Of a stretch of 64,000 nt of DNA, positions 34,340-46,511 are shown in pieces. The notes under the pieces are model-generated. The model was not told the DNA's origin. It saw nothing but the letters and a program-made list of their open reading frames with translations, and ran no database searches. The DNA is taken from the NCBI GenBank assembly GCA_002269645.1, contig NIVC01000033.1, positions 671,335-735,334 of the forward strand, given 5' to 3'. The number at the start of each line of letters is the position of its first letter. Positions within the stretch are counted from its first letter, which is position 1. The stretch is from Macrostomum lignano (Eukaryota). The translations under genes were made by a program, and so were the position numbers.

Positions 34340-35240
34340 GCCTTGATATCTCAGAAATTTCCCCACCAAGCCTTGACATCTCAGCAATTCCCTTAGCTGC
34401 AAGCCTTGACATCTCAGCAATTCCCCCAGCTGTAAGCCTTGACATCTTAGCAATTCCCTCAGCTGTAAGCCTTGACATCTCAGCGATTCCCCTAGCTAGC
34501 TGTAAGCCTTGACGTCCCAGCAATTCCTCAATAAGCCTTGACATCTCAGCAATTCCCCCAGCTGTACGCCTTGACATCTCAGCAATTCCCCTAGCTGTAA
34601 GCCTTGACATCTTAGCAGTTCCCCCAGTTATAAGCCTTGACATCCCAGCAATTCCCCCCAGTTGTTAGCCTTGACATCCCAGCAATTCTCCCAGCTATAA
34701 GCCTTGACATCTCAGCAATTCCCCCAGCTGTAAGCCTTGACATCTTAGCAGTTCCCCCAGTTGTAAGCCTTGACATCCCAGCAATTCCCCCCAGTTGTTA
34801 GCCTTGATATCCCAGCAATTCTCCCAGCTATAAGCCTTGACATCTCAGCAATTCCCCCAGCTGTAAGCCTTGACATCTTAGCAGTTCCCCCAGTTGTAAG
34901 CCTTGACATCCCAGCAATTCCCCCCAGTTGTTAGCCTTGACATCTCAGCAATTCCCCCCAGTTGTTAGCCTTGACATCCCAGCAATTCTCCTAGCTATAA
35001 GCCTTGACATCTCAACAATCCCTTCATAAGACATCCTAGCAATTCCCCATAAGCTTTAACATTCCAGCAATTCCCCCAGCTGTAAGCCTGGACATGCCAG
35101 CAATTCCCCATAAGCCTTGATATCCCAGAAATTCCCTTAGCTATAAGTCCTGATGAAGACAGCTTAGCAATGCTCCAAGTAAGCCTTGGCATCTCAACAA
35201 TCCCCCATAAGCCTTGATGTCTCAGCAGTTCTCCTAGTAA
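34340..35240. repeat. Tandem repeat, ~31-bp unit AAGCCTTGACATCTCAGCAATTCCCCAGCTGT
   Basis: Directly visible periodicity. Confidence 0.9.
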
Positions 35241-37892
35241 GTCTTGACATTTTCATAATTTCCCAATGAGTTTTTTGTTTTACAAGTTGCTTTGTTTATG
35301 CTTGAAATTATGCTTTTTTATGTTTAGCATGATGCTTTTTCACATCACATGGTAGTCTTTTTTGTAAGCTTTAATCATGAAGCTTCAAAACTACTAACAA
35401 ATTATTCTAATGAACTTCAAACCCAGTTGCTGCTTTAGCAGCTCTGTCTGTTTGCATATATATGGTAGCTTTCATTGATATATGCCCATACATGAGTTGT
35501 AGCACTTACAATTAAACACTCACAGCATGTCAGTCAGTTTCAGACTGTCAGTTACCATCAAAGTTAGCAATTCAATTACACAATATCAATATCAATAGTC
35601 TTGTGCTATATGCTTCCACAATGTGTACTTCAGACTAGTGCAATTCAACTCAGTCTGAACATTCAGCCATGTAAAAAACAATATTAAGTAAAAAGTTTTT
35701 TGTGATGTAATCTTTATCAGAATCAAAATTTGGTCAATCAGTTTTTTCTCTAGCATTCTTACAATGCATTTCAAGTCTTAAAAGTTTACTTGACCTTTGC
35801 AAAAAACATGTTTTTCGAATATTTACCCATTTAGCATTGAGCAATTTCTTAGCCACAACCCATGTACCATCATAGAGAAATTTCTGATTGAATAGTGCAA
35901 GTTTGGTGGAAATTGGTTGAGCTGTTTTTTTCTATTTCTATTATCTATCACATAGACAGAGATGGCTTAAATTTAGATATATAGAAGAGTTTTAATAAAC
36001 TTTTAAATGGCTGTTTTTTGCTAAAAACTGATATTCTTAGTTTTAATTTTGTTTTTCTCATAAATTGCATTAATAATTTCAATTTTTATTTTTAATTATT
36101 TTTAAAAAGCTTTTGTTGGTTGATATTTAACTACACAGTTAATTTAGCCCTGAACTTGGCTATTTTTGTATGCTACTGTGTACACTTCATGTTGAATTTT
36201 AAAATTCTATATGCCAAGTGTATGCCAAGATTGTCAGCAAGAGCAAAAATATGTTAGAATTTTCTGGTGTAAAGGCCACCTTCTAGACTATGGCATATGC
36301 CAAAATGAAAATTCTAGATTTTAATATTCTAATCCAATATAAATAAAATAATTATGCCAAGTATGAAGTTGCTTATTTGCCAACTTAATTGTAGAGTATC
36401 TTTTTTTAGAAATAAAAGAGTTTTACTAAACTAAAAAGCATTTGTTCTTTGTTAGAATTAGGTATTCCTTGTTTTAATTTTTTCCTTGGAAGTTGCATTA
36501 TTATTTTTTTTTTTTCCTTTCTTTAAAAAAAACTCTCTTTGATTAATATTTAGCTACACCATATATACTAAGCCTAATTTTGGCTATTTTTGTACACCAA
36601 CTGTGTAAACTAATGTTAAACATAAAAATTCTATACACCAAGTGTATGCCAAGATTGTTAATGAGGGAAAAATATGTATGCCATAAAGTAGACAAATTGG
36701 TTTGTAACCTTTTCAGCTTGTCTACTTTGGCAACTAATGAAATTAGACTTGCTCCTACTTACTTCTTTATTATATTTATTAGATAAGTCTTTATTTCTAA
36801 TAGTATATTAAATATTGTTACTTTTATATTATTTATTATTGTTGTATGGTTTTCTTAATTTTAAATCTTGGCCAATATTATGCCTACTAAATTTTTTGTA
36901 GTATGTTTTATCAAATCCCCTTTTTAACTTATTTTACTGTTAAGGCACCAAGTTTATCAGGCTTATCTAATAAAAAAGGAATAAATGTTATAGTTTTTAC
37001 ACTTAGTAGTAGGCCTTTATGAAAGTAGAATAAAATGCTTTAATTGTATTAAGCTTATATAGGCCATAAAAGCATAGGCTAGTCAATAGTCTCATTTATC
37101 TAAATGCCTGAGTTGGTCCAGTTAAATATATATTTGTATTAATATGTATTAAATGAATAAACCAAGTTGTGCCATTTTTATGATTATTAGATATAGGACA
37201 TAAATAGGAAAACCCTATTTTTTATATTAAAAGCTCTATGAATATTAATGGAGCTATAAAAAGGCAATATGAACATTGGGTCTGCCTCCTATCAAAAGCA
37301 ATTAGAAATTTTGTGCTAGAAATGGAAAACTATAATATTTTCCATAGTGTATTTTTAGTAGAACCTGCTTGCTAAAAACTCCAAGGAATGTAGTTCCCAA
37401 TTCTTATTTAAGTAGTTTTTTAGAGTTTCAAGTAAATTTTAAGTTGATTTAAGCTAATTTTAAACAAAAAAGCTATAAAAGTTGTTTTACAATCTGAAAT
37501 TAAGAGAGTTATAAATGAGATTTTGTGTATAGGTATTTTTTATAAAACAACAATTTTTAAAATTATTTTAACCTAAAGATATCTTTTTTGTAAGTGTACA
37601 ATGTACATTTCTTATGGAATGACTTTATATAGTCAGTTTGTATTCTTAACTTTTGAATTTACTAGACCACTAGGCAATGGCCCCACCTCCGCCAAATTTC
37701 ACAACTGCATAATCAGCTGTTGCAAAAATCTACAAAAGCTTCTTTAAAAAGTTTACAAGTTGAGAATCTCTAGTTGTGACTCAAGCTTACTCTAGATTAT
37801 CTTATTGGAAATATATCTAAAAAAATAGATCATGACCCAGCCAACCCTCCCACTGCACTCAGCTGAGACCAATCAGCCTGTCGGACTCCCAG

Positions 37893-40800
37893 GTGGTGCA
37901 CGCTGCCGCCGATTGGTCCGAGCTGCCACCGGTGGCCGCTCACCGCTGCTACCTGTGGCCAGACACCAGCCATCAGCTGAGCAGGCACCTGGCACCTGGC
38001 GACTCTGTTGAAGTGCTTCAGAAGTCGGGGCCGAAGGAAGGACCGGACCTGGCTTACGGCGCCTCTGGCAGCGTCTGGCAGCCAGCCAGGGTGCTCGGCG
38101 TGAAAGGCGAATTCGTTATCTGCGTTTTGGATGGCGATGCGCAACAGTTGGTAGGCGAATGCGCACTGCAGGGATTTCTGCTAAGGGATTATTTAACTCC
38201 CCGATCTTAGCTGTTTACGTGAGGGCTTAACGTCATAGGCTTATGTGGTCGAAATCTAGTCGTAATCTTAAGGGTGGGATTAATGAAGTCGTACATGTAA
38301 TCTCAAGGGTGAGATTAATAGAGTCGCAATCTCAAAGGTGAGATTAATGGAGTCACAATCTCAAGGGTGAGATTAATGAAGTCATAATCTTAAATATGAG
38401 ATTAAATGGAGTCATAATCTCAAGGGTGAGATTAATGAAGTCATAATCTTAAATATGAGATTAAATTGAGTCGCAATCTCAAGGGTGAGATTAATTAGGT
38501 CGTAATCTCAAGGGTGAGATTAAATGGAGTCGCTGTCGCAATCTCAAATATGATATTAAATGGAGTCAGAATCTCAAGGGTGAGATTAATGGAGTCGCAA
38601 TCTTAACTCTCAAGGGTGAGATTTATGGAGTCGTAATCTTTGGTGAGATATTTGTGTGACATTCATTTCAGGGAGACAATTTATTTCATGTTAACTGTAA
38701 CAACAGTCTCATGAGTGAGATTTAGGAGTCATAAATAACCTCCATGAAGATCAAATCTTGCACTCTCAGATTGTCGACCGCTCGGAGGTCCGCCCTGCCG
38801 GCGACCACCGGCCTGTGGCATCGCTGCACCTTCACCAGTGCGCGCTGGCGCTGCCCCGGCTCGACCCGCCCGCCCCGGAGGCGGCAAATCGACGCCCGAC
38901 GGTGGCGGAGGTCCTCGACGCCCTGCACGGCTGCCGGCTGTCCGACGAGCCCTGCCTGGTGCTGTGGCCAGGCGGCGATGACGCCGTTGCCTTGGCAACG
39001 CCTAGCGAATCGGACGCGGCCAAGCTGGCTTTGCTGAGCGGCTTCATCGCTCGGCGACTGCGTTGGAAAGCGGCGGTGCAGTGCGTGAGTGCGCGGCGGC
39101 TTTCTGGTGGTGGGTGCGGCCCCATTCCGAATCTTAGATGGCCTTGTTTGCCTAACAGCTTTGATACATCATTGATACAATGATACTTCATTCTCCTCTA
39201 CATCTCAAATCCCCAACAACGGATGCTAAATCTCCAACGCTGATCCCGAATCCCATTCACAGATCCTGAATCGCATTCACACATCCTGAATCACATTCAC
39301 AGATCCTGAATCCAATTCACAGCTACTGAATCACATTCACAGATCATGAATCCAATTCACAGATCCTGAATTACATTCACAGATCCTGAATCACATTCAC
39401 AGATCCTGAATTAAATTCACAGATCCTGAATCACATTCACAGATCCCGAATCCAATTCACGGATCCTGAATTAAATTCACAGATCCTGAATCCAATTCAC
39501 AGATCCTGAATCCAATTCACAGATCCTGAATCACATTCACAGATCCTGAATCACATTCACTGATCCTGAATCCCCGAAGATTCCAGATCCAGATCTTTCC
39601 AGTTTTTTCCAGATTCCTAATCCCCATCGCAGATCCTGAATCTCTTAGCTTATATCCCAATTCCATTTCACAAGTCCTGAGTTACAGAATCAACCTTTAG
39701 GTATCCCCTACAGAGGTCCCCAAATCACAACCCAGCTCTCAAATATTTGAAAGGATTTGGACGAAAAGGCCCGTCTTTTGTCCGAGCTGGAGTCGGCCAG
39801 GGCGGCCTCGGAGGCGGCCGCGGCAGCCCGCCGCCCCCGCCTGCTGCTGGAATTTCCGGTGCCGGCGCACCTGGTCGGCAAGGCCCTTGGCTCCGGCGGA
39901 AAAACCGTAGCTGCTGCGCGCAGCCTCCCCGGCCTGACCTTCATCCGTTACGACAACGAGGCCGGCGTCTTCCGCGTGTTCGGCACGTCGCCGGAGTCGG
40001 CGCTGGAGGCCCGGCGCATGCTGGAGCTGACGGATGAGCTCGTGCGGATTCCCACCCGCCTGGTGGGCCGCGTTCTGGGCAAGGGCAGTCTGGTGGCGCA
40101 GTCGGTGGTGGACAAGGCCGGCCTGCACAACCTGATTCTTGGTGAAGAGCGCCAGCCGGTGACCGCCGCAGCTTCGCAAAATGGCGAAGACTCGGCTGGC
40201 CTAAACGGCGACCATCCGGCTGACGAAGACGGCAGCGAGGCTGGCAAAGCCAGTGAATCTGCTGAGCAGCAGGTGAGCGATTCTCTCTGCTATGAGCGGT
40301 TCTCTCTGCTATGAGCGGTTCTCTCTGCTATGAGTGGTTCTCTCTGCTATGAGCGGTTCTCTTAGCTATGAGCGGTTCTCTTAGCTATGAGCGGTTCTCT
40401 TAGCTATGAGCGGTTCTCTTAGCTATGAGTGGTTCTCTTAGCTATGAGCGGTTGTAGTGTACGCTTAATCTATGCCTTTACTCTTCTGTGATGACTAACT
40501 ATGGCCCTCTCGACCAACGTGCACTGCCACTTGTCCCTCAACTATTGCGTAACATTGTAGCCGCACGTCGGCAGTGATACTATATAGTAGCTCAAATATA
40601 CGGTCCATGAGACCATGATTTTCTCAGCACACAAGCGCACTACAGCGGTTCTCTTAGCTATGAGTGGTTCTCTCTGCTATGAGCGATTCTCTCTGCTATG
40701 AGCGGTTCTCTTAGTTATGAGCGATTCTCTCTGCTATGAGCGGTTCTCTTAGCTATGAGCGGTTCTCTTAGCTATGAGCGATTCTCTCTGCTATGAGCGG

Positions 40801-42907
40801 TTCTCTTAGCTATGAGCGGTTCTCTTAGCTATGAGCGATTCTCTCTGCTATGAGCGGTTCTCTTAGCTATGAGCGGTTCTCTTAGCCATGAGCGATTCTC
40901 TTAGCCATGAGCGATTCTCTTAGCTATGAGCGATTCTCTTAGCCATGAGCGATTCTCTTAGCTATGAGCGATTCTCAGCTATGAGCGATTCTCTCAGCTA
41001 TGAGCGTTTCTATCAGCTATGAGCGATTCTCTCAGCTATGAGCGATTCTCTCAGCTATGAGCGTTTCTATCAGCTATGAGCGATTCTCTCAGCTATGAGC
41101 GGTTCTCTTAGCTATGAGCGATTCTCTCAGCTATGAGCGATTCTCTCAGCTATGAGCGATTCTCAGCTATGAGCGATTCTCTCAGCTATGAGCGTTTCTA
41201 TCAGCTATGAGCGATTCTCTCAGCTATGAGCGGTTCTCTTAGCTATGAGCGATTCTCAGCTATGAGCGATTCTCTCAGCTATGAGCGTTTCTATCAGCTA
41301 TGAGCGATTCTCTCAGCTATGAGCGGTTCTCTCAGCTATGAGCGATTGTCTCAGCTATGAGCGATTGTCTCAGCTATGAGCGCTTCTCTTAGTGTATCTG
41401 CTCCGACCCTCCAGGCCGGCTGCCCCAGCACATCAATCCGACTGATCGGCACCCGCGAGGCGGTGGACAGCGCCAAGTACATGCTGGACTACCAGCTGGC
41501 CATCGCCCGGGAGCTGGACCAGCTGGAGCGCGAGAAGCTGCAAGTGCAGGCCTCGCTCCTCACCCCGGACTGCAGCGGCAAGGCGCCCTCGCCAAAGAGG
41601 AAAGTCGAGGAGAAGCCGGTTGAACAGCCGGCTGCCTCGCAGGCAGCGGCCGCCGATGCCCTCGCAGGGAAAGGCAGCGACAGCGGCTCCGCTCCGGTCT
41701 CGAAGACTTCGTCGGTCAACGGCGGTGGCGGAGGTCGCGGTGCTGGCGGCAGCCCCAGAGGCGGTCGAGGCCGCGGTGGCCAGGCTGGTGGCCGGGCCTA
41801 TGCTAATTATTCTGATTATGCTAATTATGATCATTATAATGGCGATCGGGGAGGTGACTACAACTTTGTGTTCGACTACCGCTACCACTATCAGCAGTAC
41901 TGCCACTTTAGCAACAGCTACGGCAGCCAAAATAATAATAATAATAACTATTATAATCCTAATTATTATTCTGGTAACCACCCAGCCGGTCAGCGGTTCA
42001 GAGACCAGCGCCACTTCAAATCTGCCGCCGGCGCTGGCGGACAGGCGAATGTCTGGCACCGCAAGGCCGACCGTGAGTGCTTGGGAGACTAGACTGCCAG
42101 GTTGGGGAGTAGATTTGGGAGACTAGACTGCCAGGTTGGGGAGTAGATTTGGGAGACTAGACTGCCAGGTTGGGGAGTAGATTTGAGAGACTAGACTGCC
42201 AGGTTGGGAGTAGATTTGGGAGACTAGACTGCCAGGTTGGGGAGTAGATTTGGGAGACTAGACTGCCAGGTTGGGGAGTAGATTTGAGAGACTAGACTGC
42301 CAGGTTGGGGAGTAGATTTGAGAGACTAGACTGCCAGGTTGGGAGTAGATTTGGGAGACTAGACTGCAAGGTTGGGGAGTAGATTTGAGAGACTAGACTG
42401 CCAGGTTGGGAGTAGATTTGGGAGACTAGACTGCCAGGTTGGGGAGTAGATTTGGGAGACTAGACTGCCAGGTTGGGGAGTAGATTTGAGAGACTAGACT
42501 GCCAGGTTGGGAGTAGATTTGGGAGACTAGACTGCCAGGTTGGGGAGTAGATTTGGGAGACTAGACTGCCAGGTTGGGGAGTAGATTTGAGAGACTAGAC
42601 TGCCAGGTTGGGAGTAGATTTGGGAGACTAGACTGCCAGGTTGGGGAGTAGATTTGAGAGACTAGACTGCCAGGTTGGGAGTAGATTTGGGAGACTAGAC
42701 TGCCAGGTTGGGGAGTAGATTTGGGAGACTAGACTGCCAGGTTGGGAGTAGATTTGGGAGACTAGACTGCCAGGTTGGGGAGAGTGGATAGCAAAGTAAT
42801 GCACAATGGTTCACCTGCCTCTCATTTCAGACAACCCGAACGACTTCAGTAACGGTGGCGACTCCCGCAGAAGTCAATTTGACAATCAGCAGCAGCAGCA
42901 GAGCTAA
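37893..42907 (+). CDS. FMR1: Divergent fragile-X family (FMR1/FXR-like) RNA-binding protein; 5' end unresolved
   Basis: Exons 37893-38150, 38770-39084, 39754-40272, 41415-42072 and 42831-42907, all phase-consistent. Agenet (GDSVEV..WQPARVLGVKGEFVI), KH1 (VGKALGSGG..ARSLPG), KH2 (VGRVLGKG..VVDKAG), LIGTREAVDSAKYMLDYQL..LDQLEREKLQ and an RGG box. Confidence 0.82.
38250..38640. repeat. ~28-bp tandem repeat with internal hairpin TAATCTCA-AGGG-TGAGATTA
   Basis: Directly visible; FMR1-like intron 1. Confidence 0.8.
39240..39650. repeat. 20-bp tandem repeat GATCCTGAATCACATTCACA
   Basis: Directly visible; FMR1-like intron 2. Confidence 0.9.
40273..41385. repeat. 19-bp tandem repeat GCTATGAGCGGTTCTCTTA
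   Basis: Directly visible; FMR1-like intron 3. Confidence 0.9.
40453..40644. mobile_element. Solo LTR (192 bp)
   Basis: TGTAGTG...CACTACA termini and 5-bp TSD GCGGT (40448-40452 / 40645-40649); unique sequence inside the satellite. Confidence 0.75.
42080..42782. repeat. 32-33-bp tandem repeat CTAGACTGCCAGGTTGGGGAGTAGATTTGGGAGA
   Basis: Directly visible; FMR1-like intron 4. Confidence 0.9.
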
Positions 42908-43189
42908 GGGCTGGAGTAGAGAAACAGATTTTCTATGGCTATAGCTGCTGCTGCTACTGCTGCTGCCGCTACTGCTGCTGCGCCCCCTGTCTTCCCTCGT
43001 AGAGCGAGTGCTTTGACCTTTTAATTTATAGATTTATATCGCTGACTTGACTATCGAACCAGTTTTATCCTGAGTTTTATGTTGTCTGGTAACCCGCTGT
43101 TCTTTATAGAAGTCTTAGTTAAATAAATTTTAATCACCGATTTTAACTGACAAAGTGTGGGCGGCTGGTGCATTTTTGATTCCCGCTTT

Positions 43190-43313
43190 CACTCTGTCTC
43201 TCTGTCTGTCTGTCTGTCTGGCTGTCTGTGTGTCTGGTCTTTGTTTCTCTGTCTGTCTGCCTGTCTGTCTGTCTGCCTGTCTGTCTGTCTGTCTGTCTGC
43301 CTGTCTGTCTGTG

Positions 43314-43378
<65 letters not shown>

Positions 43379-43498
43379 GGCTGTCTGTGTGTCTGGTCTT
43401 TGTTTCTCTGTCTGTCTGCCTGTCTGTCTGTCTGCCTGTCTGTCTGTCTGTCTGTCTGTCTGCCTGTCTGTCTGTGTGTCTGTCTGTCTGTCTGTTTC

Positions 43499-43531
<33 letters not shown>

Positions 43532-43534
43532 TTC

Positions 43535-43573
<39 letters not shown>

Positions 43574-43714
43574 GCCTGCCTGTCTGTCTGTGTGTCTGTC
43601 TGCCTGCCTGCCTGTCTGTCTGTCTTTCTGTCTGTCTGTGTGTCTGTCTTTCTGTCTGGCTGTCTGTCTGTCTGCCTGCCTGTCTGTGTGTCTGACTGTC
43701 TGTCTGTCTGTTTC

Positions 43715-43753
<39 letters not shown>

Positions 43754-43774
43754 GCCTGCCTGCCTGTCTGTGTG

Positions 43775-43807
<33 letters not shown>

Positions 43808-43864
43808 CTGTCTGTCTGCCTGTCTGTGTGTCTTTCTGTCTGTTTCTCTGTCTGGCTGTCTGTA

Positions 43865-43907
<43 letters not shown>

Positions 43908-43910
43908 TTT
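43190..43910. repeat. (TGTC)n microsatellite
   Basis: Directly visible. Confidence 0.95.
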
Positions 43911-44629
43911 CCTCTTCATCCCAGACCAGCAGCTCACCCAGTCAGCTCATCATCGCTGTCCCCTTGCCCCCTCATCATCGGTATTCGCTTTAAAGGTGAA
44001 AAGCTGGTCTCCCTCTTGTCGCTTGCTTGACGAAGCTGGCCAGAGAGAGTCTCCCGTCCCCAGCTGCCCCATCAGCCTTTGGCATGCTGCCAGCAGCGGC
44101 GCCCATGTCGTTAATTTTTGTTTGTTGCGAATTTTTACTTTCGCTCGTCGCCAAGTTTGCCAGCAGCCCCCGACTCGCGCCCGACAGCCAGGCGGAAAAT
44201 TGATTTTATACTTGACCTTCTCTGACACTTTCTACCGGCTCGCCCTTCGTTCTTTCCGCGATTTGTGAAACTTTAATAAATTATAAATTCACTGGCCGGT
44301 TCCGGTTTATTGGCAACTCGGAGTTTTAGCGACCAAGCGCCTGAGACTCTGTGCCCCGAAGATTCTCACCGAACTTTCAGTGAACTGGCCTGAACTGCTC
44401 ATCATTTAATATAAAAATAGATTGCTTCAAAAGCCAAATGTGACCTGCCATTGTGCCGCTACCGTTTCTTTGTCAAACGGTGTTGCCTAAATTTGCCATT
44501 GGTGTGAAGTTCTCAGCCTTTGCGTTGCATATTTTCTATAATGGGTCGTCTTTTCTTGTCGTTCTTACTAGTTTTTTGTCTGACCGCTTCTTTGTCGATG
44601 CCATTCTTTCCTACCGCATCTTGTCTCTT

Positions 44630-45864
44630 GAAACCGCTCTTTATCCGCCCCTCGTCTCTGCCAAACCGCCCTTTGTCCGCCCATCATCTCTCTCGAAACC
44701 GCCCTTTGTCCGCCCCTCATCTCTCTCAAATCGCCTTTTGTCCGCCCCTCGTCTCTGTCAAATCGCCTTTTGTCCGCCCCTCGTCTCTGTCAAATCGCCT
44801 TTTGTCCGCCCCTCATCTCTCTCAAATCGCCTTTTGTCCGCCCCTCGTCTCTCTCGAAACCGCCCTTATCCGCCCCTCGTCTCTCTCGAAACCGCCCTTA
44901 TCCGCCCCTCGTCTCTCTCGAAACCGCCCTTGTCCGCCCCTCGTCTCTCTCAAATCGCCTTTTGTCCGCCCCTCGTCTCTGTCAAATCGCCTTTTGTCCG
45001 CCCCTCATCTCTCTCAAATCGCCTTTTGTCCGCCCCTCGTCTCTCTCGAAACCGCCCTTGTCCGCCCCTCGTCTCTCTCGAAACCGCTCTTGTCCGCCCC
45101 TCGTCTCTCTCGAAACCGCCCTTGTCCGCCCCTCGTCTCTCTCGAAACCGCCCTTGTCCGCCCCTCGTCTCTCTCGAATCGCCTTTTGTCCGCCCCTCGT
45201 CTCTCTCGAAACCGCCCTTATCCGCCCCTCGTCTCTCTCGAAACCGCCCTTATCCGCCCCTCGTCTCTCTCGAAACCGCCCTTGTCCGCCCCTCGTCTCT
45301 CTCGAATCGCCTTTTGTCCGCCCCTCGTCTCTCTCGAAACCGCCGTTTGTCCGCCCATTGTCTCTCTCGAAACCGCCCTTTGTCCGCCCCTCGTCTCTCT
45401 CGAAACCGCCCTTTGTCCGCCCCTCGTCTCTCTCGAAACCGCCCTTGTCCGCCCCTCGTCTCTCTCGAATCGCCTTTTGTCCGCCCCTCATCTCTCTCAA
45501 ATCGCCTTTTGTCCGCCCCTCGTCTCTCTCAAATCGCCTTTTGTCCGCCCCTCGTCTCTCTCGAAACCGCCCTTATCCGCCCCTCGTCTCTCTCGAAACC
45601 GCCCTTATCCGCCCCTCGTCTCTCTCGAAACCGCCCTTGTCCGCCCCTCGTCTCTCTCGAATCGCCTTTTGTCCGCCCCTCGTCTCTCTCGAAACCGCCG
45701 TTTGTCCGCCCATTGTCTCTCTCGAAACCGCCCTTTATCCGCCCCTCGTCTCTCTCGAAACCGCCCTTTATCCGCCCCTCGTCTCGCTCGAAACCGCCCT
45801 TATCCGCCCCTCATCTCTCTCTCAAATCGCCTTTTGTCCGCCCCTCGTCTCTCTCGAAACCGCC
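44630..45864. repeat. 31-32-bp satellite TCCGCCCCTCGTCTCTCTCGAAACCGCCCTT, continued at 52693-52950 after the BEL insertion
   Basis: The same unit lies on both sides of the retrotransposon. Confidence 0.9.
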
Positions 45865-46511
45865 TGTTGTAAAAATAACAATTAAGAAAGAGCAAGGTGC
45901 TCGGGCCAGTGGCCTCCTGACTGATTTATATTTGCTGTCTAGCTGGGCAGTCTACAAGTACGTAGCCGCCCTCACAAGTGCGTACATAGGAAAAGACTGA
46001 CGGAGAGGGTGGTTATAGGCTAATAATAAAAATCGATAATAGAGTTAACCACTCCACTAGCATGCATGCACCAAAGAACGCGACACTCCCCCAAAAATGG
46101 GAAGCATTTTTCTCAGAAATTAACCTTCGAATATTAACACCAATTTTGAAAATACTCGTATATTTGGTGTAACTATGGTGAAATCAATTGAAATGAGATA
46201 TTTGAGTGAAATTAATTAAATTTAACAATAACCGAAACGAACGATTCTCAAGGAAAAAGCGGATAAACTAATTTGGACTTTACTATAATATGTCAATTCG
46301 AAACGGGATGGAAAATGAAACCCAATTACCGCAAAAAATGACGAGAATTGCAAAAACTCAAAAAACGCCAAACGCAACGCAGAAAAAAACAACGCAATTT
46401 AACATAATCAACCAAATCAACCAAACAGACTATCGATATAACGACGAAAGTTGAAAATTCAGTAGCGAAGCCAAACGCGAAAAACGAGCTGAACAGCGAA
46501 CAAAAAATGAC

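Noticed and set aside
35800-36700. Helentron/DINE-like 3' end (~35860-35990) and a degenerate ~130-bp direct repeat (near 36157 and 36580)
   Set aside because: Resemblance only; termini and target site could not be defined by eye
43143-46000. Long ORFs at 43143-44030 and 44453-46000
   Set aside because: Products of the (TGTC)n microsatellite and the 31-bp satellite
46086-46511. Possible env-like gene between pol and the 3' LTR
   Set aside because: Only ~430 bp and no ORF
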